DNA from: an uncultured Acidobacteriota bacterium
Lineage (GTDB): Bacteria > Acidobacteriota > Polarisedimenticolia > J045
Assembly (NCBI GenBank): GCA_964432135.1
Contig: CAYSMT010000001.1
Location: forward strand, 7,548 to 37,869
DNA: 30,322 bases
Direction of reading: 5' to 3'
How positions within the stretch are numbered: the first letter of the stretch is position 1; every line of letters begins with the position of its first letter. Made by a program: the position numbers and the translations under genes. Below, in pieces: positions 1 through 8,043 of this stretch. A model generated the notes under the pieces. That model was not told the DNA's origin, did no database searches, and saw nothing but the letters and a program-made list of their open reading frames with translations.

Positions 1-309
1 CGCGGCGGATACAAGCTGGTGATTGACCACGACGACACCATCATCAGCGACTACTACGACTGGGATCGCCTCGGCACTCTCGACGACCCGATCCCGGAGC
101 TGCTCGAGCGACACCATCGCCTCGTCGAGCGCACAATGCCCGCGCTTCAAGATCCAGCCTGCCGGCGCTGTCCGGTCATCGGCTACTGTTGGGGAGGCTG
201 CACGAACTCCCGGCTCCTGACAGAAAACCGACCAAGCGCATTCTGCGATCAGCTCGCCTTGGTCGAGAAGGTCAAACGCCTGGCCACCGAGGGCTCGCTG
301 CGCATCTGA
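1..309 (+). CDS. Radical SAM/SPASM-domain protein, C-terminal fragment (5'-truncated by window edge)
   Basis: Frame is open from base 1 (RGGYKLVIDHDDTIISD...). It carries the SPASM signature CxxC-x5-C-x3-C (CRRCPVIGYCWGGC) and a downstream Cys (SAFC). Confidence 0.8.
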   Translation, partial: RGGYKLVIDHDDTIISDYYDWDRLGTLDDPIPELLERHHRLVERTMPALQDPACRRCPVIGYCWGGCTNSRLLTENRPSAFCDQLALVEKVKRLATEGSLRI

Positions 310-402
310 TCCATTCCATCCAGCACAACTGCGGCGGGGCTCGCCGGATGATGCGGGGTAATATGCCTTCCTCGCTCGTGCCGCTATCAAGGGAGCTTGA
401 CC

Positions 403-3400
403 ATGCAACGTCTTTTCGTGCTGTTCGTCATCTTGTGCCTGCTGGCCTCTCCCACCTTGGCCCGCAAGAAAACGAGCGAGGATCAACCACGCGCCCAGAA
501 GAAATCATCACTGCTTGTGGCGGAGACTTTCGCCGGCCTGACCTTCCGCAACCTCGGTCCTGCGATGACCTCGGGACGCATCGTAGACATCGCGATCGAT
601 CCGCGAGATTCACGGCGCTGGTTCGTCGCGGCAGCCTCGGGTGGCGTGTGGAAGACCGAGAACGCCGGAGTGACCTTCAAACCCATCTTTGACGATGAGA
701 GTTCCTACTCGATCGGCTGCGTCGCCATCGCACCCACAAACAGTCTCGTTATTTGGGTGGGTACAGGTGAGAACAACAGCCAGCGCAGCGTCGGCTACGG
801 TGACGGAGTCTACAAGTCGGTCGACGGCGGGGAAAGCTGGACGCGGATGGGTCTCGAAAAGTCCGAACACATCGGCAAGATTCTGATCGACCCCACAAAC
901 GAGAACATCATCTATGTTGCGGCCCAGGGCCCGCTCTGGCGCGCAGGAGGTGAGCGCGGGCTCTACAAGTCCACGGATGGGGGCCAGAGCTTCAAAAAGG
1001 TACTCGAGATCTCCGAGAACACAGGGGTTTCCGATATCGCCTTCGATCCCCGGGACCGGCAGGTGATCTACGCCAGCGCTTACCAGCGCCGGCGTCATGT
1101 CTTCACACTGATCAACGGGGGGCCGGAATCGGCGATTTACAAGACGACCGACGGTGGTGCGAGCTGGACCAAGCTCGAAAAGGGCCTGCCGAGTGGCGAT
1201 ATAGGACGGATCGGCTTGGCGGTGTCTCCTGTCAACCCCGACGTCGTCTATGCGTTGATCGAAGCCGCCGAAGACGGTGGTTTCTACCGCTCTCGAGACG
1301 CGGGAGCCTCATGGGAAAAACGTGCCGAGTACAACACAAGCAGCGCCCAGTACTACCAGGAGCTCGTCCCGGATCCGCAAGAGGTCGACCGCATCTACTC
1401 GATGGACACCTACATGCAGGTCAGCAGCGATGGCGGCATAAGCTTTCATCGGGCCGGCGAGACGAGCAAACACGTGGACAACCACGCGCTTTGGATCGAC
1501 CCCAAGGACCCGCGACACCTCATCGCCGGCTGCGACGGCGGTCTCTACGAGAGCTTCGATCAGGCAGCGAGCTGGCGCTTTTTCACAAATCTTCCCGTGA
1601 CCCAGTTCTACAAGGTCACCGCGGACAACGACCTCCCCTTCTACAAGGTCTACGCCGGTACGCAGGATAATGCGACCCTCGGCGGACCCTCACGAACGAC
1701 GAGCCGCAACGGCATCGTCAATGCCGACTGGTTCGTCACTGTCTTTGGCGACGGCTTCAAGACCGTCGTGGACCCTGAGGACCCTGCGATCGTCTATTCC
1801 CAGTGGCAGTACGGGGGCCTCGTGCGTTTTGATATCCGCAGCGGAGAGGCCATCGACATCCAACCCCAGCCAGGCACAGGGGAGCCGCCGCTGCGCTGGA
1901 ACTGGGACGCGGCGCTGCTCCTGAGCCCACACTCTCATACACGACTTTACTTCGGCGCAAACCGGCTGTTCCGCAGCGACGACCGCGGCAATAGCTGGCG
2001 GGCGCTGGGCGGTGATCTCACCCGCCAAGTCGACCGCAATCGTCTCGAGGTCATGGGCAAAGTGTGGAGTGTCGACGCGGTTGCCAAGAACGCCTCGACC
2101 TCCTTTTTCGGCAACATCGTCAGCGTGAGCGAGTCGCCACTGGTCGAGGATTTGCTCTACGCCGGTACCGACGATGGACTCGTCCAGGTCAGCGAAGATG
2201 GCGGCAAGCACTGGACGCGCTATGAGAGCTTCCCGGGTGTCCCCGAGTGGAGCTACGTCAATCAGCTCAACGCCTCCTTCCATGACGCAAGCACCGTCTA
2301 CGCCGCTTTCAACAACCATAAGCGGGGCGACTTCAAACCCTACCTGCTCAAGAGTACAAATCGCGGCAAGAGCTGGGTTTCAATCGCTGGCGATCTGCCC
2401 GAAAGGGGTTCGGCCTATACCATCGTCGAGGACCACCAAAATCCTTCGCTGCTCTTCGCTGGCACGGAGTTCGGCGTTTTCTTTACCGTTGATGGTGGGC
2501 GGAGATGGGTCCAGCTCAAGGGCGGCCTGCCGACGGTTGGCATCCGCGAGCTTGACATCCAGCGCCGCGAGAACGACCTCGTCGTCGGCTCTTTCGGTCG
2601 AGGCATCTTCATCCTTGACGACTACACACCCCTGCGCGAGATCAGCGCGGAAGTGCTCGAGAAGGAGGTCCTGCTTTTCGACGTCAGGCCGGCACCGCTT
2701 TACTTCGAAAGTTCCCGACTCGGGCTCCCGGACAAGGGTTTCCAGGGAGAGGACTTCTTCACTGCCCCCAACCCACCCTTCGGCGCGGTGTTCACCTACT
2801 ATCTGAAGGAGGGCTACAAGACCCTCGAACAGCAGCGTCACGAACGCGAAGCAAAGGCTTTAGAAAAAGGCGATACCCCCACCTACCCGAGCTGGGAAGA
2901 GCTGCGTGCCGAAGCAACCGAGCACGAACCGGTCGTAGTCTTCACCGTACGCGATACGCAAGGCCAGGTCGTGCGACGCCTGACGGGTCCGGCTGATAAG
3001 GGCTTCCATCGCGTTGTCTGGGACTTGCGCTTTCCCGCACCCAACCCCGCACGCCTCGATGCGTCGAAACACAGTATCTGGTCGCAACCACCGGAGGGAC
3101 CGATGGTCAACCCGGGGCACTACACCGTGAGCTTGGCACGTTTTGACGGCACGCGTTTCCATACGCTGGCGGGGCCCGAGGGTTTTGAGCTCGTGCCCCT
3201 AAAGCTGGCAACCCTCAACGCCGAGGACAAGCAGGCCGTGCTGGCCTTCGAACGGGAGACCTCCGAGCTACAACGTCGCGTGCTCGGTGCGGGCCGCGTG
3301 CTCGACGAGCTCGAACAACGCTTCAAACTGATCCGGCGCGCGTTGATCGACACCCCCGATGTCCAGGGCTCACTGCTCATTCAGCTCGGACAGCTCGAAC

Positions 3401-3687
3401 AACGCGTGCGGGAGATGCGCGTGCGCTTTGAAGGTGATGCGGTCGTCCGAGCGCACCATGAGCCGGTGGCACCGGGTATTCGACAGCGCGTGAGCCGTAT
3501 CATTGATGGCCTGTGGTATACCAGCTCGACGCCGACAAAGACCCAACAGGAAAGCTACCGAATCGCCAAAGAGCAGTTTAAGAGATTGAACACTGCACTG
3601 AACAAGCTCGTACGCGAGGATCTCACGGCCCTCAACGCCAAGCTCGACGAGATCGGCGCGCCGTGGACCCCGGGGCGCCTTCCTTAG
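403..3687 (+). CDS. Exported BNR/Asp-box (VPS10/sortilin-like) beta-propeller protein, family often annotated 'glycosyl hydrolase', with helical C-terminal domain
   Basis: ATG 403 follows AAGGGAG. Signal peptide MQRLFVLFVILCLLASPTLA. Many Asp-box repeats (S-x-D-x-G-x-T/S-W/F: SVDGGESW, STDGGQSF, TTDGGASW, SRDAGASW, SDDRGNSW, SEDGGKHW, STNRGKSW, TVDGGRRW). N-terminal FRNLGPAMTSGRIVDIAIDP is typical of this family. Substrate unknown. Confidence 0.85.
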   Translation: MQRLFVLFVILCLLASPTLARKKTSEDQPRAQKKSSLLVAETFAGLTFRNLGPAMTSGRIVDIAIDPRDSRRWFVAAASGGVWKTENAGVTFKPIFDDESSYSIGCVAIAPTNSLVIWVGTGENNSQRSVGYGDGVYKSVDGGESWTRMGLEKSEHIGKILIDPTNENIIYVAAQGPLWRAGGERGLYKSTDGGQSFKKVLEISENTGVSDIAFDPRDRQVIYASAYQRRRHVFTLINGGPESAIYKTTDGGASWTKLEKGLPSGDIGRIGLAVSPVNPDVVYALIEAAEDGGFYRSRDAGASWEKRAEYNTSSAQYYQELVPDPQEVDRIYSMDTYMQVSSDGGISFHRAGETSKHVDNHALWIDPKDPRHLIAGCDGGLYESFDQAASWRFFTNLPVTQFYKVTADNDLPFYKVYAGTQDNATLGGPSRTTSRNGIVNADWFVTVFGDGFKTVVDPEDPAIVYSQWQYGGLVRFDIRSGEAIDIQPQPGTGEPPLRWNWDAALLLSPHSHTRLYFGANRLFRSDDRGNSWRALGGDLTRQVDRNRLEVMGKVWSVDAVAKNASTSFFGNIVSVSESPLVEDLLYAGTDDGLVQVSEDGGKHWTRYESFPGVPEWSYVNQLNASFHDASTVYAAFNNHKRGDFKPYLLKSTNRGKSWVSIAGDLPERGSAYTIVEDHQNPSLLFAGTEFGVFFTVDGGRRWVQLKGGLPTVGIRELDIQRRENDLVVGSFGRGIFILDDYTPLREISAEVLEKEVLLFDVRPAPLYFESSRLGLPDKGFQGEDFFTAPNPPFGAVFTYYLKEGYKTLEQQRHEREAKALEKGDTPTYPSWEELRAEATEHEPVVVFTVRDTQGQVVRRLTGPADKGFHRVVWDLRFPAPNPARLDASKHSIWSQPPEGPMVNPGHYTVSLARFDGTRFHTLAGPEGFELVPLKLATLNAEDKQAVLAFERETSELQRRVLGAGRVLDELEQRFKLIRRALIDTPDVQGSLLIQLGQLEQRVREMRVRFEGDAVVRAHHEPVAPGIRQRVSRIIDGLWYTSSTPTKTQQESYRIAKEQFKRLNTALNKLVREDLTALNAKLDEIGAPWTPGRLP

Positions 3688-3742
3688 GCCTGACAGGGCG
3701 GCGTAGGTCGCCATGAGGTGGATCATGCTGATAAAAAAATCG

Positions 3743-5629
3743 ATGAAATTGATGACCTTCACCCTGGCGTTGCTCGCGAGTTGCGCCGCATGCCTGCCCG
3801 TCCTCGCGGAGGGTGCCGCCGCGGAGAAGGGCGAGAAGCTGCTTTACGAGTCTCGGGACGAGATTCCGGTGGCCTACCGCTGGAAGCTCGCGGACATTTT
3901 CCCTTCGCTCGAAGCCTGGGATGCCGGCGCCGCCACCTTAAAAAAAAGGCTGCCGGAGCTAGAAGGATACCGGGGTCGGCTTGGCGAATCGGCGAGCGTC
4001 CTCGCGGATGCGCTCGACCTGCGCTACGAACTCGAGCGCGCACTCGACGACCTCTACGTCTACGCCGCCCAGTGGCAGTCGACCGACACCCGTGACGCGG
4101 CGGCCAACAGCTACCGCGGGCGGGCCGAGGGCCTCGCTGCCCAGCTTGGCCAGACCAGCGCCTTTATCCCCGCGGAACTCGTGCAGATTCCCCCCAAGAA
4201 GATGGCGGCCTTCCTCGCGCACCCCAAGCTAGCGACCTACCGTCACGTCATTGACAACATCCTTCGCAGCCGGGCCCATGTCCGCTCCAAGGAGGTCGAG
4301 GAGATTCTGGCGGGTGCCTCGCTACTGACCGGTGCTCCGGTGCAGATCTACCAGGGGATGGTCAGTGCGGACATCCCATGGCCTGAGTTCAAAGGTGAAG
4401 ATAGCAAGCCGGCCCGCGCCATCCCGGCGCTGTTCTACAGCTACATGGCTAGCCAGGACCGCCGCGTCCGTCGTGATGCGGCCCTCGCCCTGTTTGGAAG
4501 CTATGACCGCTACGCCCACGCACTCGCCTCGACCTACGCCGCATCCGTCAATAAAGACATATGGCTGGCGCGCACGCGCCACTACGACTCCACGCTGGAC
4601 ATGGCGCTGGACCAGCCGGCGGTACCGCGAGCGATCGTCGACAACCTCGTTAGCACCGTGCATGAGAACGTCGACGCGATCCAGGACTACGTCGCTTTGC
4701 GCAAACGCGTCCTGGGTCTCGACGACTTCCACATCTACGACCTTTACGTAAGCATGGTTCCCGACTCGGATAGGCACTTCAGCTTCGACGAAGGTTGGAA
4801 GCTCGCGATGAGCTTCTGGACCGAAACTTACGGTGAGGAGTACGCCTCTGTCGCGAAGAAGGCGCTCGCAAGTCGTTGGGTCGATGTCTATCCCAACACG
4901 GGCAAGCAAGGCGGCGCTTATTCATGGGGAAGCTACAACTCCCATCCTTACCTCTTTCTCAACTGGGGCGGTACCCTCGACGATGTCTTCACCCTGGTTC
5001 ACGAGATGGGACATTCGATCCACACCTATCTTGCCAACGAAGCCAACCCCTCCCACAACGCCGACTACAGCCTCTTCGTCGCCGAGGTGGCTTCCGTCGC
5101 CTCGGAAAGTCTCTTCTTCGAGTGGCTCTATGAGCGGACGAGCGATCCCTCCGAGCGCCTCGCCCTCGTCAACCTGCGAGTGAATAACGTCACAGGTACC
5201 TTTCTGCGCCAGATCTTCTTCCACGAGTTCGAGGCCTCAGCCCATGCCGCCGCCGAAGCTGGTAAGCCGCTGACCAAAGACACCCTCGGCGAGATCTGGG
5301 GCAAGCTTTGGCTGAGCTACTACGGTGAAGGAGCGACCCTCGACCCGGAATTCCGGGCCGGCTGGGCACGGATTCCGCATTTCTATCGCACCTTCTACGT
5401 CTGGAAGTACGCCACTTCCTTCGCGGCAGGAGAAGCCATCGCGGCGCGGGTGCGCTCGGGTGACAAGAGCGCCGTGCAAGACTATCTCGCCGCGCTCAAG
5501 CTCGGAGGCAGCGTCTATCCGATGGAGGCCCTCAAGCGGGCCGGTGTCGACATGAACGATCCGGCGGTCATTCGTTCGGTGATGGTGCGTTACCGCGAGC
5601 TACTCGCCGAGATGAACAAGCTGCTCTGA
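3743..5629 (+). CDS. pepF: Oligoendopeptidase F (M3B metallopeptidase) with export/lipoprotein signal
   Basis: HEMGH zinc motif, FVAEVAS third-ligand motif, GKQGGAYSWG, WARIPHFYRTFYVWKYATS, and N-terminal RDEIPVAYRWKLADIF. The start could be 3713, 3725, 3743 or 3752. Confidence 0.92.
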   Translation: MKLMTFTLALLASCAACLPVLAEGAAAEKGEKLLYESRDEIPVAYRWKLADIFPSLEAWDAGAATLKKRLPELEGYRGRLGESASVLADALDLRYELERALDDLYVYAAQWQSTDTRDAAANSYRGRAEGLAAQLGQTSAFIPAELVQIPPKKMAAFLAHPKLATYRHVIDNILRSRAHVRSKEVEEILAGASLLTGAPVQIYQGMVSADIPWPEFKGEDSKPARAIPALFYSYMASQDRRVRRDAALALFGSYDRYAHALASTYAASVNKDIWLARTRHYDSTLDMALDQPAVPRAIVDNLVSTVHENVDAIQDYVALRKRVLGLDDFHIYDLYVSMVPDSDRHFSFDEGWKLAMSFWTETYGEEYASVAKKALASRWVDVYPNTGKQGGAYSWGSYNSHPYLFLNWGGTLDDVFTLVHEMGHSIHTYLANEANPSHNADYSLFVAEVASVASESLFFEWLYERTSDPSERLALVNLRVNNVTGTFLRQIFFHEFEASAHAAAEAGKPLTKDTLGEIWGKLWLSYYGEGATLDPEFRAGWARIPHFYRTFYVWKYATSFAAGEAIAARVRSGDKSAVQDYLAALKLGGSVYPMEALKRAGVDMNDPAVIRSVMVRYRELLAEMNKLL

Positions 5630-5689
5630 GGGCGAGAGCATCACGCGGAAGCGCGAAGTGATCTCATGACCGGCTTGTGGAGCCCTGTG

Positions 5690-5828
5690 CACCGTGGAGC
5701 GAAGAATGTGGCACCGCGTTACGGGCCGATCTGCGTTCTCCGCTATTGCCCGTTATTGTCCAATTTCTCTCGCAGCAAAGAAGTACAAGCCCCTCAACTC
5801 GGGGTGCCACATTCTTCGCTCCACGGTG
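5690..5828. repeat. 139-bp element bounded by perfect 26-bp inverted repeats (MITE-like element or structured RNA)
   Basis: 5690-5715 CACCGTGGAGCGAAGAATGTGGCACC is the exact reverse complement of 5803-5828 GGTGCCACATTCTTCGCTCCACGGTG. The spacer is 87 bp. It lies between convergent genes, and I see no target-site duplication. Confidence 0.9.
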
Positions 5829-5831
5829 AGT

Positions 5832-6878
5832 TCAGCGCATCTGTGATTCGGGAGGATCACCAGGCTGGCCCGTCAGCTCGCGATGGACCCGGGTCAGGAT
5901 CGCCCGCAGATGCTGTGCCGTCTCGCCCTCGCCGCCATCTTCGATGAGCTGGTCGAGCTCGAGGTCCCGGCCAATCAGGGTCTTGAGCTCGACGCGCCAT
6001 GCGCGGACAGGATTCTCCGGAAGTTGCTCGTCGAAGCGAGCGAGAAGCTCGCCAATCAGCCGCGCGTCGTGCTCCATCAGCTCCTCGCGGCGGTTGATCT
6101 GCATCATCAACTCAGAAAGCGCGAGCATATCCTGCCAAATATGGAGCCCTACGGAGAACTCGGCACCACCCTCGAGGCTGAGCCAATCCCGAGTCCGTTT
6201 GTCGAGCTTGATGAGCTGCGCTCGATCACTGAGTCGGATGCGTTCACGGGTCTGGGTATGAAGCAGCACGGAGATCGCGTCGCTTGCCTGCTCGATGCGC
6301 TCGCGTAGGTTGTGCTCTTCGGGTGTGCCGCCGGCGGCGATGGCAGCGCGGAACGCATGGAATGCGCGACGAAGCTCGATACTCCGCTCCGCGCTTTGCA
6401 GATGCGAGAGCAGGCATTTCTGGCCCACAATCTCGCTAGCGATCGCCTCGAGCGCAATCGCCGCCTTGATGAACGCGCCGAGCGCCTGGTTGCAACGCCC
6501 GATAAGGACCCAAGACTCCGAACCGGCTGGCATGTCGAGGCTCGCACGCCAGTGGTTGAGTTCCATCCGGGCGATGAAGCTCTGGTCGGCGACACGGCCC
6601 CGCAGCGCCTCCCGGGAGCCGCCAGCCGACTCAACCCGGGCGCTGTAGCCGGTGTCACCGTCGTAGATTTCGAGGAAGCGCCCAAAGAGCCCCTCCGCAC
6701 CATCGAGGATCCGCCGCACCCGCGGAACGAGATCGGCATCGACATCTTCAACCTGGCCAGACTCCGGATCGGAGACCTCCAAAGCCACCGCGAAGCGTAC
6801 AAGCTCTCGCAACGCTCCGAGAAGCGCCGGCGTGCGAGACTCGATCGCCTTGAGTGCGTCCGACAAGCTGCTTTCCAT
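5832..6878 (-). CDS. Hypothetical protein, apparently all alpha-helical (~348 aa)
   Basis: Long ORF with natural amphipathic-helix composition. Likely start is ATG 6878 (MESSLSDALKAIE). No recognisable motif. Confidence 0.75.
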   Translation of the reverse strand: MESSLSDALKAIESRTPALLGALRELVRFAVALEVSDPESGQVEDVDADLVPRVRRILDGAEGLFGRFLEIYDGDTGYSARVESAGGSREALRGRVADQSFIARMELNHWRASLDMPAGSESWVLIGRCNQALGAFIKAAIALEAIASEIVGQKCLLSHLQSAERSIELRRAFHAFRAAIAAGGTPEEHNLRERIEQASDAISVLLHTQTRERIRLSDRAQLIKLDKRTRDWLSLEGGAEFSVGLHIWQDMLALSELMMQINRREELMEHDARLIGELLARFDEQLPENPVRAWRVELKTLIGRDLELDQLIEDGGEGETAQHLRAILTRVHRELTGQPGDPPESQMR

Positions 6879-6901
6879 TCCTGCGTTTGTGCCGTGCCAC
6901 A

Positions 6902-6949
6902 GGGGAAGCGGCCGGGTCCCACCTCGGTGATCCCGGGCCAAGCTTCCCC
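6902..6949. other. GC-rich imperfect stem-loop upstream of the hypothetical gene
   Basis: GGGGAAGC...GCTTCCCC outer stem, GGCCGGG/CCCGGGCC middle stem and CACC/GGTG inner stem. Function unknown. Confidence 0.45.
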
Positions 6950-6989
6950 CTCTAAGGGATATAGTTCTTCCGGCGGCTGAAAGCACCTC

Positions 6990-7008
6990 TATTGAACCCT
7001 CTTCAATA
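6990..7008. promoter_or_regulatory. Operator-like dyad TATTGAA-N5-TTCAATA
   Basis: Perfect 7-5-7 AT-rich inverted repeat about 110 bp upstream of the 6878 start. The regulator is unknown. Confidence 0.35.
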
Positions 7009-7202
7009 CCTGAAAATCACAGGGCACAAGAAGGATTCGCGCGGCATCTTCCCTCTCTATGTTGGCCGCTCCATCGGACCGACTCGAGGCTATGGCAGGC
7101 CGCCTCCAGGAGACGCGAGTGAGCGGATCGTCAAAAGAGGACCGTCGAAGGAAGAGCCACGAATAGAGCGCTTGATACGAAGAGTCGCGGCAGTGAGATG
7201 AC

Positions 7203-7676
7203 TTACTGGGCCACGAGTTTGGGATAGGCCTTGTCAGCCTTGGCGATGAACCCCGGAATGTCCTTCTCCCATTTCTTCTGGACCTTCCGGCTGTAGTTGA
7301 GGTAGAGCTTGCCACCGACGATTCGAAACACCTCAGGATCGATCCCGGCGAAGCGCCCCTCAGCCATCGCCCAGGCGCAGTAGCCACCGTACTGCGGTGC
7401 CCACTTCTCGGGATCGGCGGCGAAGAGGTCGCGGTTGTGCGCGCTGGCGAAGCGCCGGTGCGCCCCTCTCCAATCGAAAGTGAACTCGCTTGTGGCCTTG
7501 AGAGCTTGACCTTCGGTATGATAAGCGACCGCATCGTAGCCCTTGATCGCCCCGCCAAAGAAATAAGAATTGATAGGACTCTCCGCATGAACGGGTGCCC
7601 CGGCGAGGAGCATAGTCAGTACAACACCGCGCAGGATCCCCTGTCTCGCGTTCGGTAGGATTATCGACCTGAACAT
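7203..7676 (-). CDS. YHS domain-containing exported protein (YHS/'(seleno)protein' family, Cys form)
   Basis: AAAAGGAG RBS before ATG 7676 and a signal peptide. Motifs AIKGYDAVAY, FASAHNRDLFAADPEKWAPQYGGYCAWAM and GKLYLNY are characteristic. Confidence 0.85.
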   Translation of the reverse strand: MFRSIILPNARQGILRGVVLTMLLAGAPVHAESPINSYFFGGAIKGYDAVAYHTEGQALKATSEFTFDWRGAHRRFASAHNRDLFAADPEKWAPQYGGYCAWAMAEGRFAGIDPEVFRIVGGKLYLNYSRKVQKKWEKDIPGFIAKADKAYPKLVAQ

Positions 7677-7812
7677 CTCGGATCTCCTTTTTTTGTGTCG
7701 CTCTCCTAGCGCCTCTCGCGATGGTCCCACTGGCTCAGCGGAGCAATGCGCGAAGACACCTACGCCCAGAAGATGGATGCCAGCTCGTGCTGAGGCGTTT
7801 CATTCTGCAATC

Positions 7813-7838
7813 GCGCGGGCCAGAGCTCTGGCCCGCGC
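7813..7838. repeat. Perfect 26-bp palindrome GCGCGGGCCAGAGCTCTGGCCCGCGC
   Basis: Self-complementary with no spacer, read directly from the sequence. Intergenic between the YHS gene and the upstream hypothetical gene. Confidence 0.9.
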
Positions 7839-8043
7839 ACGGTCAACTTAGGGATATTGTCAACTTGAGCAGGAATGGAGCCCCGGGAGACCCAAGATGT
7901 CGCCGTCAAGAACGGCCAGGAGAGCCCGAGCTGACGATGCGTACTCCCCACGCACCCGGCACGGATACACAAAACACTCATCACAAATCGACCTCACCGT
8001 GAGTCGATGTCCCCGTGCCATCTATTCGTCGCTGCCGTGTGGA

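Noticed and set aside
397-3687. Recurrent similar segments as a DNA repeat array or CRISPR
   Set aside because: They are protein-level Asp-box repeats within one ORF, with no identical DNA repeats or spacers.
1-5629. Radical SAM/SPASM + BNR protein + peptidase as a RiPP biosynthetic cluster
   Set aside because: No precursor peptide or transporter is visible, the rSAM gene is truncated, and both downstream genes are common stand-alone families. The evidence is insufficient.
6878-6898. TGGCACGG on the minus strand as a sigma-54 promoter for the helical hypothetical gene
   Set aside because: No GC at the required 10-nt spacing, and it is too close to the start codon.
6902-6949. Stem-loop as SRP RNA or a known riboswitch
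   Set aside because: Lacks the SRP domain IV motif and any aptamer consensus I recognise.
7203-7676. YHS protein as a selenoprotein
   Set aside because: The relevant residue is an ordinary Cys (GGYCAW). There is no in-frame TGA.
7760-7984. 74-aa minus-strand ORF in the YHS upstream region
   Set aside because: No RBS or motif, and it runs through the palindrome and promoter-like features, so it is probably spurious.
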